A stretch of 63,397 bases of DNA, the filler included, from Polymyxa betae A26-41 (taxonomy: Eukaryota > Protista > Endomyxa: Phytomyxea): assembly GCA_003693705.1 (NCBI GenBank). It is 5 parts of 5 records of this genome, joined end to end, with 100 filler letters (N's around TTAATTAATTAA, not from the genome) between each part and the next. Parts side by side here need not be neighbours in the genome. Positions count along the whole stretch, not along the records: positions 37,219 to 54,389 come from RBZT01000724.1; 4 more parts are not named here. One strand, 5' to 3'. Below the pieces are notes generated by a model. It saw only the letters and a program-made list of their open reading frames with translations. It was not told the DNA's origin and ran no database searches. The stretch's first letter is position 1. Every line of letters starts with the position of its first letter. Of this stretch, positions 40,112 through 51,034 are shown piece after piece. The translations under genes were made by a program, and so were the position numbers.

Positions 40112-40360
40112 ATCAATAGACGAGGCATTTTCAAAGACACCGATGGGATAGTCATAAAACCATGGAAAAGCGAAGATGGTTACCTGCGGGTGTCTCTATA
40201 TAACGATGGACGAAAGCGCAATCATCACATCCACCGCCTTGTTTGTAAGCAGTGGTTGCCGAACCCACGGCGGTTGAAGGAAATAGAACACATAAACCGC
40301 AGAGACAATTGAATGAACAATCTACGCTGGATAGACAGACAAGGTAATTGTTTAAATAGG
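40112..40360 (+). pseudogene. NUMOD4/HNH_3-type homing endonuclease relic
   Basis: One frame reads IKPWKSEDGYLRVSLYNDGRKRNHHIHRLVCKQWLPNPRRLKEIEHINRRDN*MNNLRWIDRQGNCLNR, with a single TGA at 40310. Confidence 0.85.
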
Positions 40361-40699
40361 ATTTGTTTTTACAGCCGTTTCCCTCGGCGCTTCTCACACA
40401 CACGATATACCATTCAAGGGACAATATTTCTCTGCTATTGTCGTTTTCGATGGCGATTCCCTTCAGTATATCCAATGTTCGAGGTAGGTTACGGTTAAAC
40501 ATGAACCAGACAATCGAAAAAAGGTGCCCTCTGTGAAATGGATCCAATCTGCAGCTCAGATCTCATCAAATATCACTATTTGGGATTCGTTCAAGTTGTG
40601 GCAGACATGACAGGAGGCCGCTCCGCACGCACGTGATCTTGTTTCTCGCGATTCGTTCATTATGATCTTTGCTGAATGCGCTGGTGAGACTTCCGCTCA

Positions 40700-41950
40700 C
40701 GAATGTTTTACATCCCAATACATCTTGCTCATTTCAGTAAGGATCGGAAGGTTTCAATAGCCCATCAAGAAAGCCCGCATATTTCACTTCCCAACTGCAA
40801 AGATCGAAGTCCGGGGAAGCAAACCTCGTGTAGGCATGTCGTGGTGATCATGATTGAACTCCGAATCTTGCGCATATCGCACGCCTCGAAGGCCGAGCGG
40901 AATTTTCCAGCAGGCAATCGACTTGACCAATGTTTCTCCCACTTACAAACAATCTGATAGGAAAGCTGATGCACTTTTCCGGATTTTATTTGAGTTTGCC
41001 ATAATATTCATCGTATTTTTCATCATGGAAACCTCCGGCTCACAGCAACGTCTCAATGGTTGAAGAATATTTTTTGGCCGTTTTGTAGGGGAAACACACC
41101 GTATTTCTCCAATGATTTCGATTCGGCAAACTTGACTTGTGCACCATATTTATTACAGCGCTGGACGACGTCAAGGGGAAGTTTTCAGCTGCTTGAGAAC
41201 GGTCTGGTTGCGTCTCGTCACAAATTACTCCATCCACAGCCTTACGACTCTTTTGCAATTTTGAAATCGCACATGAGGGTCTTGAATTGTATCATTCGAC
41301 GCAATTGTGAAAGAAACTAAAATCATCTTGTGGCTTGTTCTTCATTTCGGGACGTTTTACCTCCTCTCGTTGTGATGGTGCTGGTAAGCTCGGACTCAAA
41401 ATTATTAGGGACCTTTGTCCATGTTTAGAATATTTCTCTGGCCTATTCTAAACTTGGATATTACAGTGGAATTTCTTGAATCCAAACGCGGGCCTTTTCG
41501 TCTGCTCTTCAGGCAGAAAACGGACTTTGCTTTTCGGTAAATTGCTGCGCTTTTTGCAATCTGCCACCCAGCCTTTAGAGCTTAGACGCTATAATTCCGA
41601 TAGTGCAGCCTCTCCATGCTGCGCAAGGAGCTCGTCGACATTTTTTTGTATTTCTGTATCAATGTCCCGCAATCCTTTCTGATTTTTCTGGACTATCCTG
41701 TCCTCTATATACGTTTTAGGCAGAAACATTATTCTCTCTCCGCCATGAGGCGAACCACTTTCGAGTATTCACACTGTTGTCGTTCAGTGCTGCAATCAGC
41801 TCTTCTTTATGCTCCATCCAGTCACGGATCGTGGTTTTGCCTTGAAGGTTGTACTTTTTCAAGACCCATTCGTGGCCTGCGACAAGTTGATGGGGTTTGG
41901 TGTTAGACAGAATCGCGATCCTCCCGAACTCCGAATTAGATAACAGATCC
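40700..41950 (-). pseudogene. pogo/Tc5 (CENP-B-like) transposase relic
   Basis: VLKKYNLQGKTTIRDW and SSKGWVADCKKRSNL resemble CENP-B HTH motifs. Downstream GLLKPSD resembles LQPxD. Many stops. Confidence 0.55.
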
Positions 41951-42162
41951 GTAAATGGGAAATCCGAGACCGAGGGTTTAACCTGCCAGTGTGGCTCTCC
42001 GTCATTTATTAATAATAGGAAACACAATAGTAACAAAACCCTAACCCCAAAGAGTCCCTAACAGCTTGAGCACTGTAACGATTCTTCATGTACGGTAATG
42101 GAAAGGTAACAGCAAAGGTAACGTGAAGTTACACCTGAGTGAAGGACGGCATTTGCACGTCC

Positions 42163-42638
42163 TTAAAGCAGCTGCTCGACTTTACGCAATACTCGATTCA
42201 ATACAATGAAGAGGAAATATCCGATCTTGGCGAGTACGCCAGATATTGGAGCTGGAAGGAATAGAAAGCAGGCCCAACAGCATAGTAAGCACGGAAACCC
42301 TACAGCCATCATGAAGATCTTCAACAGTTTCGGAAAGAGTGCGTCAGGATTTCGCGATGTCAAATGCAATGCCGACGATGATTGCTGGTGGAGTTTATCT
42401 GTAGCAAACGTGAGACAGCGAATCCGAGAAATGATAAATCGGGGCCCTCAGAGAGCGAAAACCTTTTAAATCTGAAAAAGCTAAATAGATTGTGACCTAG
42501 AAATGAGGGAGAAAGATTCCGTCTAGTGACAGTTAGCGGCGACTTCGAGATGGAAACGGTGGCGTGAGAACAGGCAGCGAAAGCAGCGATAAGAACCAGG
42601 ACGAAGACCACCAATCGGGCAGGCTGGAAATTGATCAT
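42163..42638 (-). CDS. Small signal-peptide/hydrophobic protein, paralog A (exons 42638-42497, 42398-42163; 125 aa)
   Basis: MINFQPARLVVFVLVLIAAFAACSHA..SPSFL|DKLHQQ..FPCLLCCWACFLFLP. The GT-AG intron gives an intact frame. Confidence 0.7.
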
Positions 42639-43206
42639 TTCCGGATTTGATGGCGGAGACCCCAAGTCCGCCAATGACACAGCGATCGGTCATTCCAAAC
42701 CCTAAAACAAGAAAGTAAACAAGTATTTTTTAACAATTTTTCAAAATTATTTCTAAATTTTGGTATAAAAATTTGAGAGTTCTATAACGAAACAATGCTA
42801 TGAATTTGATGATCCTACTCGGTCCTGCTCATTCACCATTGCTGTCTTTTAGCCGCATTTTCCAGCATTGTTTCAGCATTCAGCATTGTCTAATTAAGAT
42901 TCTACGAAGACGTAATAACAGAGCTGCTGATTGTTCATGCAGCTTTGCGCTACCATCTCGAAAGCTCTAAAGAACCTGGGAAAAAATATTTCTGAACCTC
43001 ACATCAAGAGCTTACGATCAGAGACTTCGCCTGGCTATGTTTAGATACACTTAGTTAGGGTTTGAATTTCACTTGGTTGAGATATGCTGTAATTATGTTA
43101 TCGAATCTCTGTTGAAAAACGCTCGATTATCATTACAGCAAATCGCTGGGTTGTTGGTATCGCCCCCAAATTCGAGCGAGGAGCTCGAGTCCAGCCTGGG
43201 ATCGGA

Positions 43207-43516
43207 TCAGTGCCGTGGCCATTTCGAGAACATCAGCGGGATGAACATGGCACAAAGCCAGGAAAGGATGACAAGGTGAAGAGCGATACAGAATAGGAAA
43301 AGTTGCAATGGCGAGATCAACGAACAGCAGGCAGCTTGTTGGCCCAGATCCTCTAAAAGATCGTTGCAGAGCGGTGTCCGATCATGATGGTCGTGGATCT
43401 CACTGACCTAGGAATGAAGGGGAATCGGGTCGTCGTGAGACGGACACAGCCGAGTCGCGACTGCCGACAATACCGAGCGCCATGGCGAACGATGCGACAG
43501 CGATCAGCGGGAACAT
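43207..43516 (-). CDS. Small signal-peptide/hydrophobic protein, paralog B (exons 43516-43408, 43352-43207; 84 aa)
   Basis: MFPLIAVASFAMALGIVGS..SPSFL|EDLGQQ..LVILSWLCAMFIP. Same intron position and phase as A and C. Confidence 0.6.
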
Positions 43517-43846
43517 TCTCTCGCAAAAAATTCAAAAGGTGAGTTCGGCTCCCGCTCACGCAGGCGAGAATTCACCCGTATCCGTCCGATACCGTTCAGT
43601 GCCACGGCAGCCGCCAACTCCTCATCCTGACTGATGACGGTTTCGACAGCGGGATCGGCAGCAGGTTGCTCGACAGGAGCATTACGAGGCTTCCTTGGAA
43701 CTCGTTCGCCATCCTCCATGAACACGTCAGGATCAATGGGCACATCACGCCGCCAGATCGGATCGTCTGCATCGTAATTCACATTGACCTTGTGCTCCTC
43801 GTCAAAAGCGAACCAGCCCAGAGTGTCTTTGATAAACCGGCGTCAG

Positions 43847-43955
43847 GCGAGGGCTGCGCGGGTCTTTTATATGGGCGTGCCCTAATAAAACGCGCTCGCG
43901 CAACCCCCTCGCGACGCATTTTTGGGGTGCGTCGTGGATCGAATGGGGTGCGTCG
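43847..43955. promoter_or_regulatory. Putative replication origin or bidirectional promoter of the CRESS-like element
   Basis: Imperfect hairpin 43847-43912, second hairpin cgacgca..tgcgtcg 43912-43934, 12-bp direct repeats tggggtgcgtcg (43923, 43944), and a minus-strand TATAAAA. Confidence 0.55.
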
Positions 43956-43968
43956 CCATACTCCTACG

Positions 43969-44675
43969 ATGCACTTCATCGATGACGAGGCGGAGGAACG
44001 TGAAGTCCGTGCCGAGGATGAAGATGTGGATCCGACGAAAACTAGGGTGCGATCGATAGTGTTTACGTTATTTGTGAACCAAGACATTTGGCTGGACGAC
44101 GTTAATCTGGGACCGGCGCCTGTCGGTGATGTTCCGGATGCTGAGAAAATTGTGAGATCGGTGAAGCGCAAGTATTTATTGTACGGGCGTGAAATTTGTC
44201 CAGAGACCGGAAACTTCCATCTGCAGGGCTACATGCAGTTCCAGAATTCGAGGTCGTTCCAGGCAATTCACAAGGATTTCAAACCCTACAAAGTTTGGAT
44301 AAAACGTGCGTATGGTAATGCCGCGGCGAACCGGGAGTATTGCACGAAAGGTGGCGATTTCTTCGAAGCCGGCAAGAGGCCGACCGACGGGACTGCGGAA
44401 GGCGGGACCAGATGGGACGAGGCTCTGGAGTTGGCGCGCAGTGGTCGTATCGATGAAGTCGATGCTCAGACGCAAGTTTCGTGCTTCCGGTCGTTGGAAC
44501 GGATCGCGGAGCGAGCCATGTTCTTGAAGCGTTTGCCGCAGTTGGCGCAACCACGGTTGTGTGGTCCGACCGATTGCGGGAAAAGTTCGGTTATTTCGCG
44601 TTTATTTCGATGGCAGGACGATGTTTTCGACAAACAGCGGAACCGGTGGTGTTGCATGATGATCTCCAATATTTC
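43969..44675 (+). pseudogene. rep: CRESS/circovirus-like Rep (HUH endonuclease + truncated SF3 helicase)
   Basis: Motif I VFTL, GREICPETG, motif II HLQGY, motif III YCTK, Walker A GPTDCGKS. Walker B VVLHDD lies in a shifted frame. Confidence 0.93.
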
Positions 44676-44942
44676 GATCTCACGCTTGAGTTGGAAAGTC
44701 TTAAAGAAGATGCAAACTATGGTTTGTTGGAACATTTGGACACTGTTCATCAGTGTTTGCTGCTGCAACGCGATATTCGGCGCAAATGGTCTCTGCTGAA
44801 GTTGGAGGCGCAGCGACTGGCCCATTATCTGGATTTTCATGGTGGAAGGTTGCCGCGAGAAATCCAAGTCAAGATTGCCGACTATATCGGGCCCGTCGAT
44901 CTGAACGTTCGTGATCTGTTCCCTGTGTTTCCCTTTTTTTAA
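44676..44942 (+). CDS. C-terminal part of an accessory ORF with an F-box-like motif
   Basis: ..GGRLPREIQVKIADYIGP..FPFF*. The stop overlaps AATAAA. Confidence 0.5.
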   Translation, partial: DLTLELESLKEDANYGLLEHLDTVHQCLLLQRDIRRKWSLLKLEAQRLAHYLDFHGGRLPREIQVKIADYIGPVDLNVRDLFPVFPFF

Positions 44943-44965
44943 TAAAGGGTGCTTATAAACAAAAA

Positions 44966-45043
44966 GCGGAGGAACGTGAAGTCCGTGCCGAGGATGAAGA
45001 TGTGGATCCGACGAAAACTAGGGTGCGATCGATAGTGTTTACG
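44966..45043 (+). repeat. Exact 78-bp direct repeat of the Rep 5' region (43990-44067)
   Basis: gcggaggaacgtgaagtcc..gatagtgtttacg is present twice, 976 bp apart. Confidence 0.95.
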
Positions 45044-45741
45044 ACGAATAGAGATTCTGTGGGTTGAAATTTTTGGATTCAGCATTGTTATTGCGTAGTT
45101 ATAACGGCGAAAGTTATCACAATCAGTTGGCATAATGGCAAAACTAAACCGCTTTTTAAAAGGTGCGCACAAATGGTTTATGCGTCAGTGACGCAGTTTT
45201 TTAAAGAGCTTTTCACCCTCTGACTTCTTGTATCGCTTTCTCACCACATTGGCGAGACGCAGCAAGAATGCGATCGTTCTTGTTCCAAGGCCACGTCCTA
45301 ATGCTGCAGCTTCTGTTCAAGTGCTTGCCGTTACAGCACAGTCGTCCTCAAGCATGCTTCTTCTTTCTTTCACTTTTACGGTATTTCAATACATCGGAAG
45401 GTTTTATTCCGCTCCGACTTTCCTGAGTGTTGAAGTCAGGAAATCATCTCACTCTAGAGGGCGCAGCCCATTTTCCAGTCAATTGAGCGACGGATATCCG
45501 TCGACGGATGCGCGGCCATTTATCCGTCAACCGATAAAGTGACTTTTACAGAGTTAAGCAGTCCGCAACAGTATATTGGGAGATCCGAGACCGAGGGTTT
45601 CACCTGCCAGTGTGGCTCTCCGTCATTTATTAATAAAAAGTGCCACAATTGTAACAAAAACCCCGAAAGAGACCCTCTGAAAACTGTAATGATTCTTCAT
45701 GTACAGTACTGGAAACGTAACACCAAAAAGGTAACGTGAAG

Positions 45742-46260
45742 TTACATCTGAGTGGAGGACGGCAGTTGGTCCAGGTGCATTGCAAGTGCTTGATGCAGCT
45801 GACTGAATCTACGATAAACTCGATACGATACAGTCCAGAAGAAAATCTGGGAGAATGCGCCGGATATGGAAGCTGGTCTAAATAGAAACCAGGCACACCA
45901 GGATAGTATCCACGGCAAACCGACAAATTTGATGACGATTCTCAACAGTTGCTGGAAGAGGGCGTGATAGCTTCGCGAGGTCGCTGGCGATGACGACGAC
46001 GATTGTTGGTGGAGTTGGTCTGTAACAAACGTGAGACAGCAAATCCGAGGGCTGAGAAATCGAGGCGTTGAGAGAGTGAAAACGTTTTAGATTTTAAAAA
46101 TTTAAACAGATTGTGACCTTGAAATGAGGGATAATCATGACGTCTGGTGACAGCTAGCTGCGATTTCGGGATGGAATCGGTGGCGTGAGAGCAGGCAGCG
46201 AAAGCAGCGATAAGAACCAGGACGAAGACCCCCCAATCGGGTTGGCTGGAATTGGAGCAT
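45742..46260 (-). pseudogene. Small signal-peptide protein, paralog C (one extra G in a homopolymer in exon 1)
   Basis: Homologous to paralog A across 45578-46330. Exons 46260-46118 and 46019-45742 are in frame if one G is removed. Confidence 0.65.
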
Positions 46261-46413
46261 TTCCGAGTTTGATGGCGGAGACCCGAATTCCGCCAATGAC
46301 ACAGAGATGGGTCTTTTCAAACCCTAAAACCCTAGATACCACCCAAGAGCAGCGAGGAGGCCGCGTCCCACGACCAGTTATCATATCGTCGAACGCACTG
46401 CTGTCAAGGGGTC

Positions 46414-47161
46414 ATGCTGGTCCCGAGATCGCTGCGTCTGGCCGGCATCCCGATCACGGCGACGGTAAGGTCCCTGTATGGGCCCAGTCCTAGCGGTAAC
46501 GTCAATCCTGTATCGTAACCACCCGTTTCCACTGCTGCTTCTGTTACCGATTTCTCACATTTTCCTATCCAAACGCTGGCTCCGTTTACGCTGCTAATCG
46601 GTGTGCTTGACGACAGGGTTCGATTCCGCCACGTTCGTCAAAGAGGTCGTACAGGATCATCCCATCGTGATCTTCAGTAAGACTACCTGTGGGTATGTCT
46701 GCGTCGTATTGTGCTCTCTTTTTGTTGTCTTTTTCTTTTATGGTGACTTCGTCGATACAATATTCAACCAATTTATAGAGAGAAATGTTCCTCTGTGGTC
46801 TTTCTTCAGCCAAAACGCTTTGTTCTCGAGTTCGCCATTCTCAGCGTTCCTAATTTAGATTTGTTCAAAATTCTTCCAAAATTGAAATGCGTTTTTATCA
46901 ACCGTCTTGACTTTTAGGTATTGTTCGGAAGCGAAAAAGTTCCTGAAATCCCATCAGCTTCCGTTTCATGCCATCGAGCTGAACCTTCACGATCACGGCG
47001 CCGATATCCAGGACGAGCTACGCCAACAGACCGGGCAGCGCACCGTCCCCAACATCTTCGTGGGCGGCGCCCATCTCGGTGGCTCCAGCGATCTCCTCAA
47101 TCAGTATCGATCCGGGCAGCTGAAGACCAAGCTGGCTGCTGTCGATCTGCGAATCGATTAG
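46414..47161 (+). CDS. Dithiol glutaredoxin (CGYC), start approximate
   Basis: IVIFSKTTCG|YCSEAK across intron 46693-46917, then TGQRTVPNIFVGGAHLGGSSDL. Confidence 0.92.
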
Positions 47162-47220
47162 CTGTGATAAACCGCTTAATGTTCAGCACATTCGCATCAA
47201 GAACGCAGAGAACGTGATAA

Positions 47221-50200
47221 TCAGATTGTATTGAATACAGAGTCGGATGAATCATCAGAGACGATGACATCCAGATCGTCATTTGAGCCAACAGACGACG
47301 CCTCGTCATCAAGGCTGTCGTTATCTCGGTTCGGAGCCACGAACAATGCATAGGGCTGCACATCCGACGACATCTTGTCGAAGATCGTTTTCATGAGAAC
47401 TTTGACGTGTTCCGGCATGAAGTTCGAATCCGATTCGGGAATCGCGAGACGATTCTGCATGATCAGGCGAATGAGGTTGTCGTAGCCTTTCTGGGCGCTG
47501 ATCGTCTTGCTCGACATCATCGTCACAATCGTCTGTAGATCGGAGCAGAGCTCGTCATTGCAGATACGGTAGAAATGGGGAATCTGAAGAAGAGCGGAAA
47601 GCAGCGAGGCCGAACTGAAAGGCGACACCATATTGAGGACGCCCTCGGGAGCGTTCGACATCATCTTGACGATGAGCTTTAACAACGGCAACGAGCTGAC
47701 GATCTCGTCTTCGGAATCGAGCTGATCTAAACATCGAATGCAGCGATACATTTGCCAGAACATGATCGTATCAGCTGAGAACCTGTAAACAATGAGTTCC
47801 AGAAGGTCAATCAAATAACAGCTGGAAACGAGAAACAAACGAGGAAATGAGCATTAACAGCAGAGAAAATATTGGAGAGGATGATCAACAGCGAAGAGAA
47901 GGGAAAAGGTTTCTTAAAAAAAAACAAAAAAAAGGATTACGATGATGGAGGCGTGACCCAGATTAACGATTTCAATTGTGTGAGACAATGAACGATAGAT
48001 ACGAATACAGGATCATTCGATACAGATGCAATATCGAGAGGCGAACGGATCAGGCGCCGGGCCAGCACGTCGAACAGTTGCCGGACGGAGAGCAGAGCGA
48101 GAGCATCCGGGTTTGTTGAAAGCTCGAGCTTATCGACAACCTCTACAACAATATCACCTCGATTCACGATCCTGTTAAACACATGAATTTGAGCTCAAGA
48201 ATTCAGCTGAATCAAGGTCAAAAAACAAAAAAAACACAAAAAATAAGAAAGAAATGATGAGAATAGACTAACTTGAAATTTGAGACCAGATACTGAACGA
48301 TTTGAAAGAGTTGATCGGAGTCCATCTGCGCCTTCAATTTCAAAGCAGCATCGCGATCCGATTCGATGACAGCAACGGTCAACGTAGCAGAGCTGAGCGC
48401 ATCGAGATCGTGGCTGCAGTGACGACCGATTTCTGTCACCAGTTCCATCAATGATTTCACATCGCTGGATTTCAGAAGACGATGGAACATCTGCGCCCAT
48501 TTTAATTGTGACAGATCCAACAACGCCGCTTTCATCGCGATGTGGTTCAATCGGTTTGAGGATGACGAGCGGTCGGAGGCGAACTGCTGCAATTCGAGAT
48601 CGGAATAATCGCGATCTTTGCAGAGATGGTGAACAGTCGAGGTCAAAATCGACAACTTGTGGTCGTGGTCGTCATCAATCAGATGAGATAAAAGCAAAGA
48701 GACGAACAGCCAGCCATGTTCCGGATCCAAATCGTAAACGTTCTGCGCCAGAACATTCGCCATGGTCCAGATCGGCTTCGTGATCGTATCATCGTCAGCC
48801 CTGAAACAGCCAAATCAGAAAAAAAAATCCGTCAAATCAGTTCTGAAAGACGCCGAAAGGATAATGAAGCTAAACTCAGCATGAACAAGTCATGAGCAAA
48901 GAGACGCGCTAGAAACGATGAAAAAGTTTTGAGGAATGTTGATAAACAAATATCCAGATGGAATTCTAAAAAGCATTCAAAGAAGCCAAGCTCAACAAAA
49001 CGAGCTGGATGGCATAATCATGGGCAGAGAAGCGCCCGAGATGAGAAAAATGAAACATTTTTTGAAATGCGATCATGCCAGGGTCAGCCAGAAATGTGAA
49101 AAACTGGAATCGGAGCTTACAAGAGATTTTCAAGAGATTTGTTCGACACCAATTTCGATCCAGCTCTGAATGCAATTAGAAAATCAGAACGAAGCACAAA
49201 GTGGCTGAAAACAGCAGCCTGCTTACTGGTTCAGAATGTGATTAAACAGCCAAAGATGATCTTCATAATCTGGGCGGGATTGAAGAGAGCCACGAATCAG
49301 ATTCCAGATCATGCTCGTTTCGAATCGGCTGCCGCGATACGCCGCGATCCTATGAGCGACGTTAGCGAAGACAACTCGTCTGGATTCGCCTAAATACGAA
49401 TGGTCCAGAAGAAGGGTCATCAAAGACCGGTGCTGAACATCATTGAGCTCCATGAATGGATGATATGAGGTCTGCGAGAGATGGAGATCGGCGACGTTGA
49501 AGTCATCGTGCGATTGCAACGCTGATTCGATGAGAAGATTGAGGAAGCGTCGATCCTGGATAAGAACGGGCAACCACCTAAAGATAAGAAAATCAGCATT
49601 GCCGATTCCAGCTGGAAAACTTCAACAAAAGAAGAAGGGATACTACAAGAGAAAACACTCCAAAAAGTTGTTAAAAGAGCGCTTGTACAGAGGCAAAAAT
49701 GAAGGCACGAAGTCTCGAACAATAGAAAATAACCGTTTAAAAAGAGCTCGCATTGAAAAAGCGAAGATTTTGTGAAGAACGAAAACAGAGATCTGAGAGC
49801 TTACGTCTCCTGCAATGAATAAACGAGCAGTTCGAGGGCGATGGTATCGAGAAGATCGGGAGACATTCGGGAAGCGATCTGAAAGAGTTTGGATGGGATC
49901 TGTCCGAGCTGATGGCGTCCTGGTTTGAAGTTCATCAGAATGCGAACAATCGGGGGATTTGGCAGCTGAAGGTCGGCCACAATCGTCACGATTTTCAGGC
50001 AGAGATGGGCGACGATTTTGTCGTTGGACAGGAGCGAGATTTGGGCCACTAATTCGGGATCGAAACAGAGCTGGAGCAAACGTTCGCTATCAGGATATAA
50101 AGGCAGCAATTCAGAGAGAGCATCGTAAACCAGAGCGATCATATCAGCAAATATCAATCTGTTTATGATCAAGAATCAGCAACAGGAAACGCTGAAACTT

Positions 50201-51024
50201 CGTGAGAACCGAAATAGGTGAAAAGTGCAAAAGAAACAGATTAAAACAGAGCCGATAAATTAGGGTTGTAGGGTTTCCAAACAGCATTTCAATACCGTTT
50301 GGAGATGATTTGCTGAATACAATCAGCAACGGTCGCCTCGCTCAACAACAACGGCTGGGCGGGTATTCCCAGCAGGGCCGGAATCCGCCCGGCCTGGTCG
50401 GTGACGATGACGCGCTCCAGCGCCTGTCTCAGGGCGTCGTTCCTGTTGGTCGTCGCCCAATTACTCGAGAAGCATTGCTGAACGTAGCGGCGTACTAGAG
50501 ATGGATCGAGGGCAGAGAGCTCAACCAGATTCGAGACGATCTGATCGTGATATTGCGAGAGGATCAGGCGGCCGATATCGGGATATGGACACAGGTCGTT
50601 AATGGCCTTGAAGAACTTCCATCCGGTCTTCAATTCGCCAACTTTATCGAACTTGAAGATCTGCGCATGATTCAGCAGAAATCAGAGGCTGAGCTCTTCA
50701 AAAAGGCATCGAATGTAGAAGATACACAGTAATAGAAAGTTAAAAAAAGAAGAAATTCAAAGTGACCGTATCAGAGATGGACGATAACTGTTTCAGCCGA
50801 GATGATGAATAGCGAACAAGGAACGGCGGGCTCGTTGTGGCTTTATGGGACGCTTCAAACCAGCGCAGAGCGATCTGAATGTCGCCCGCAGCCAGGGGCT
50901 CCGGCTCCAGGCTGGCAACATTCGACGGCTGCAGATTGGCGTCGCCAAGCTCATGTGACGCTTGTCCTAGATAGGCGAATAAGAGAAGCAGTATGAACGT
51001 GATGACGGAGGATAACGTCGTCAT
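47221..51024 (-). CDS. Large multi-exon helical orphan protein with a predicted signal peptide
   Basis: MTTLSSVITFILLLLFAYLGQASHE start, a run of GC-rich exons with AT-rich introns, and an acidic C-terminus. Confidence 0.65.
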
Positions 51025-51034
51025 TGCGCGGTCA

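Larger units (their letters stand above)
43525..45043 (+). mobile_element. Endogenous CRESS-DNA virus-like element, rearranged
   Basis: Rep ORF, divergent ORF, hairpin/iteron intergenic region, downstream ORF with AATAAA, and a 78-bp Rep repeat. Confidence 0.85.

Noticed and set aside
43666-43968. N-terminal extension of the 377-aa Rep ORF
   Set aside because: Non-ATG start running through the hairpin region. ATG 43969 is the plausible start.
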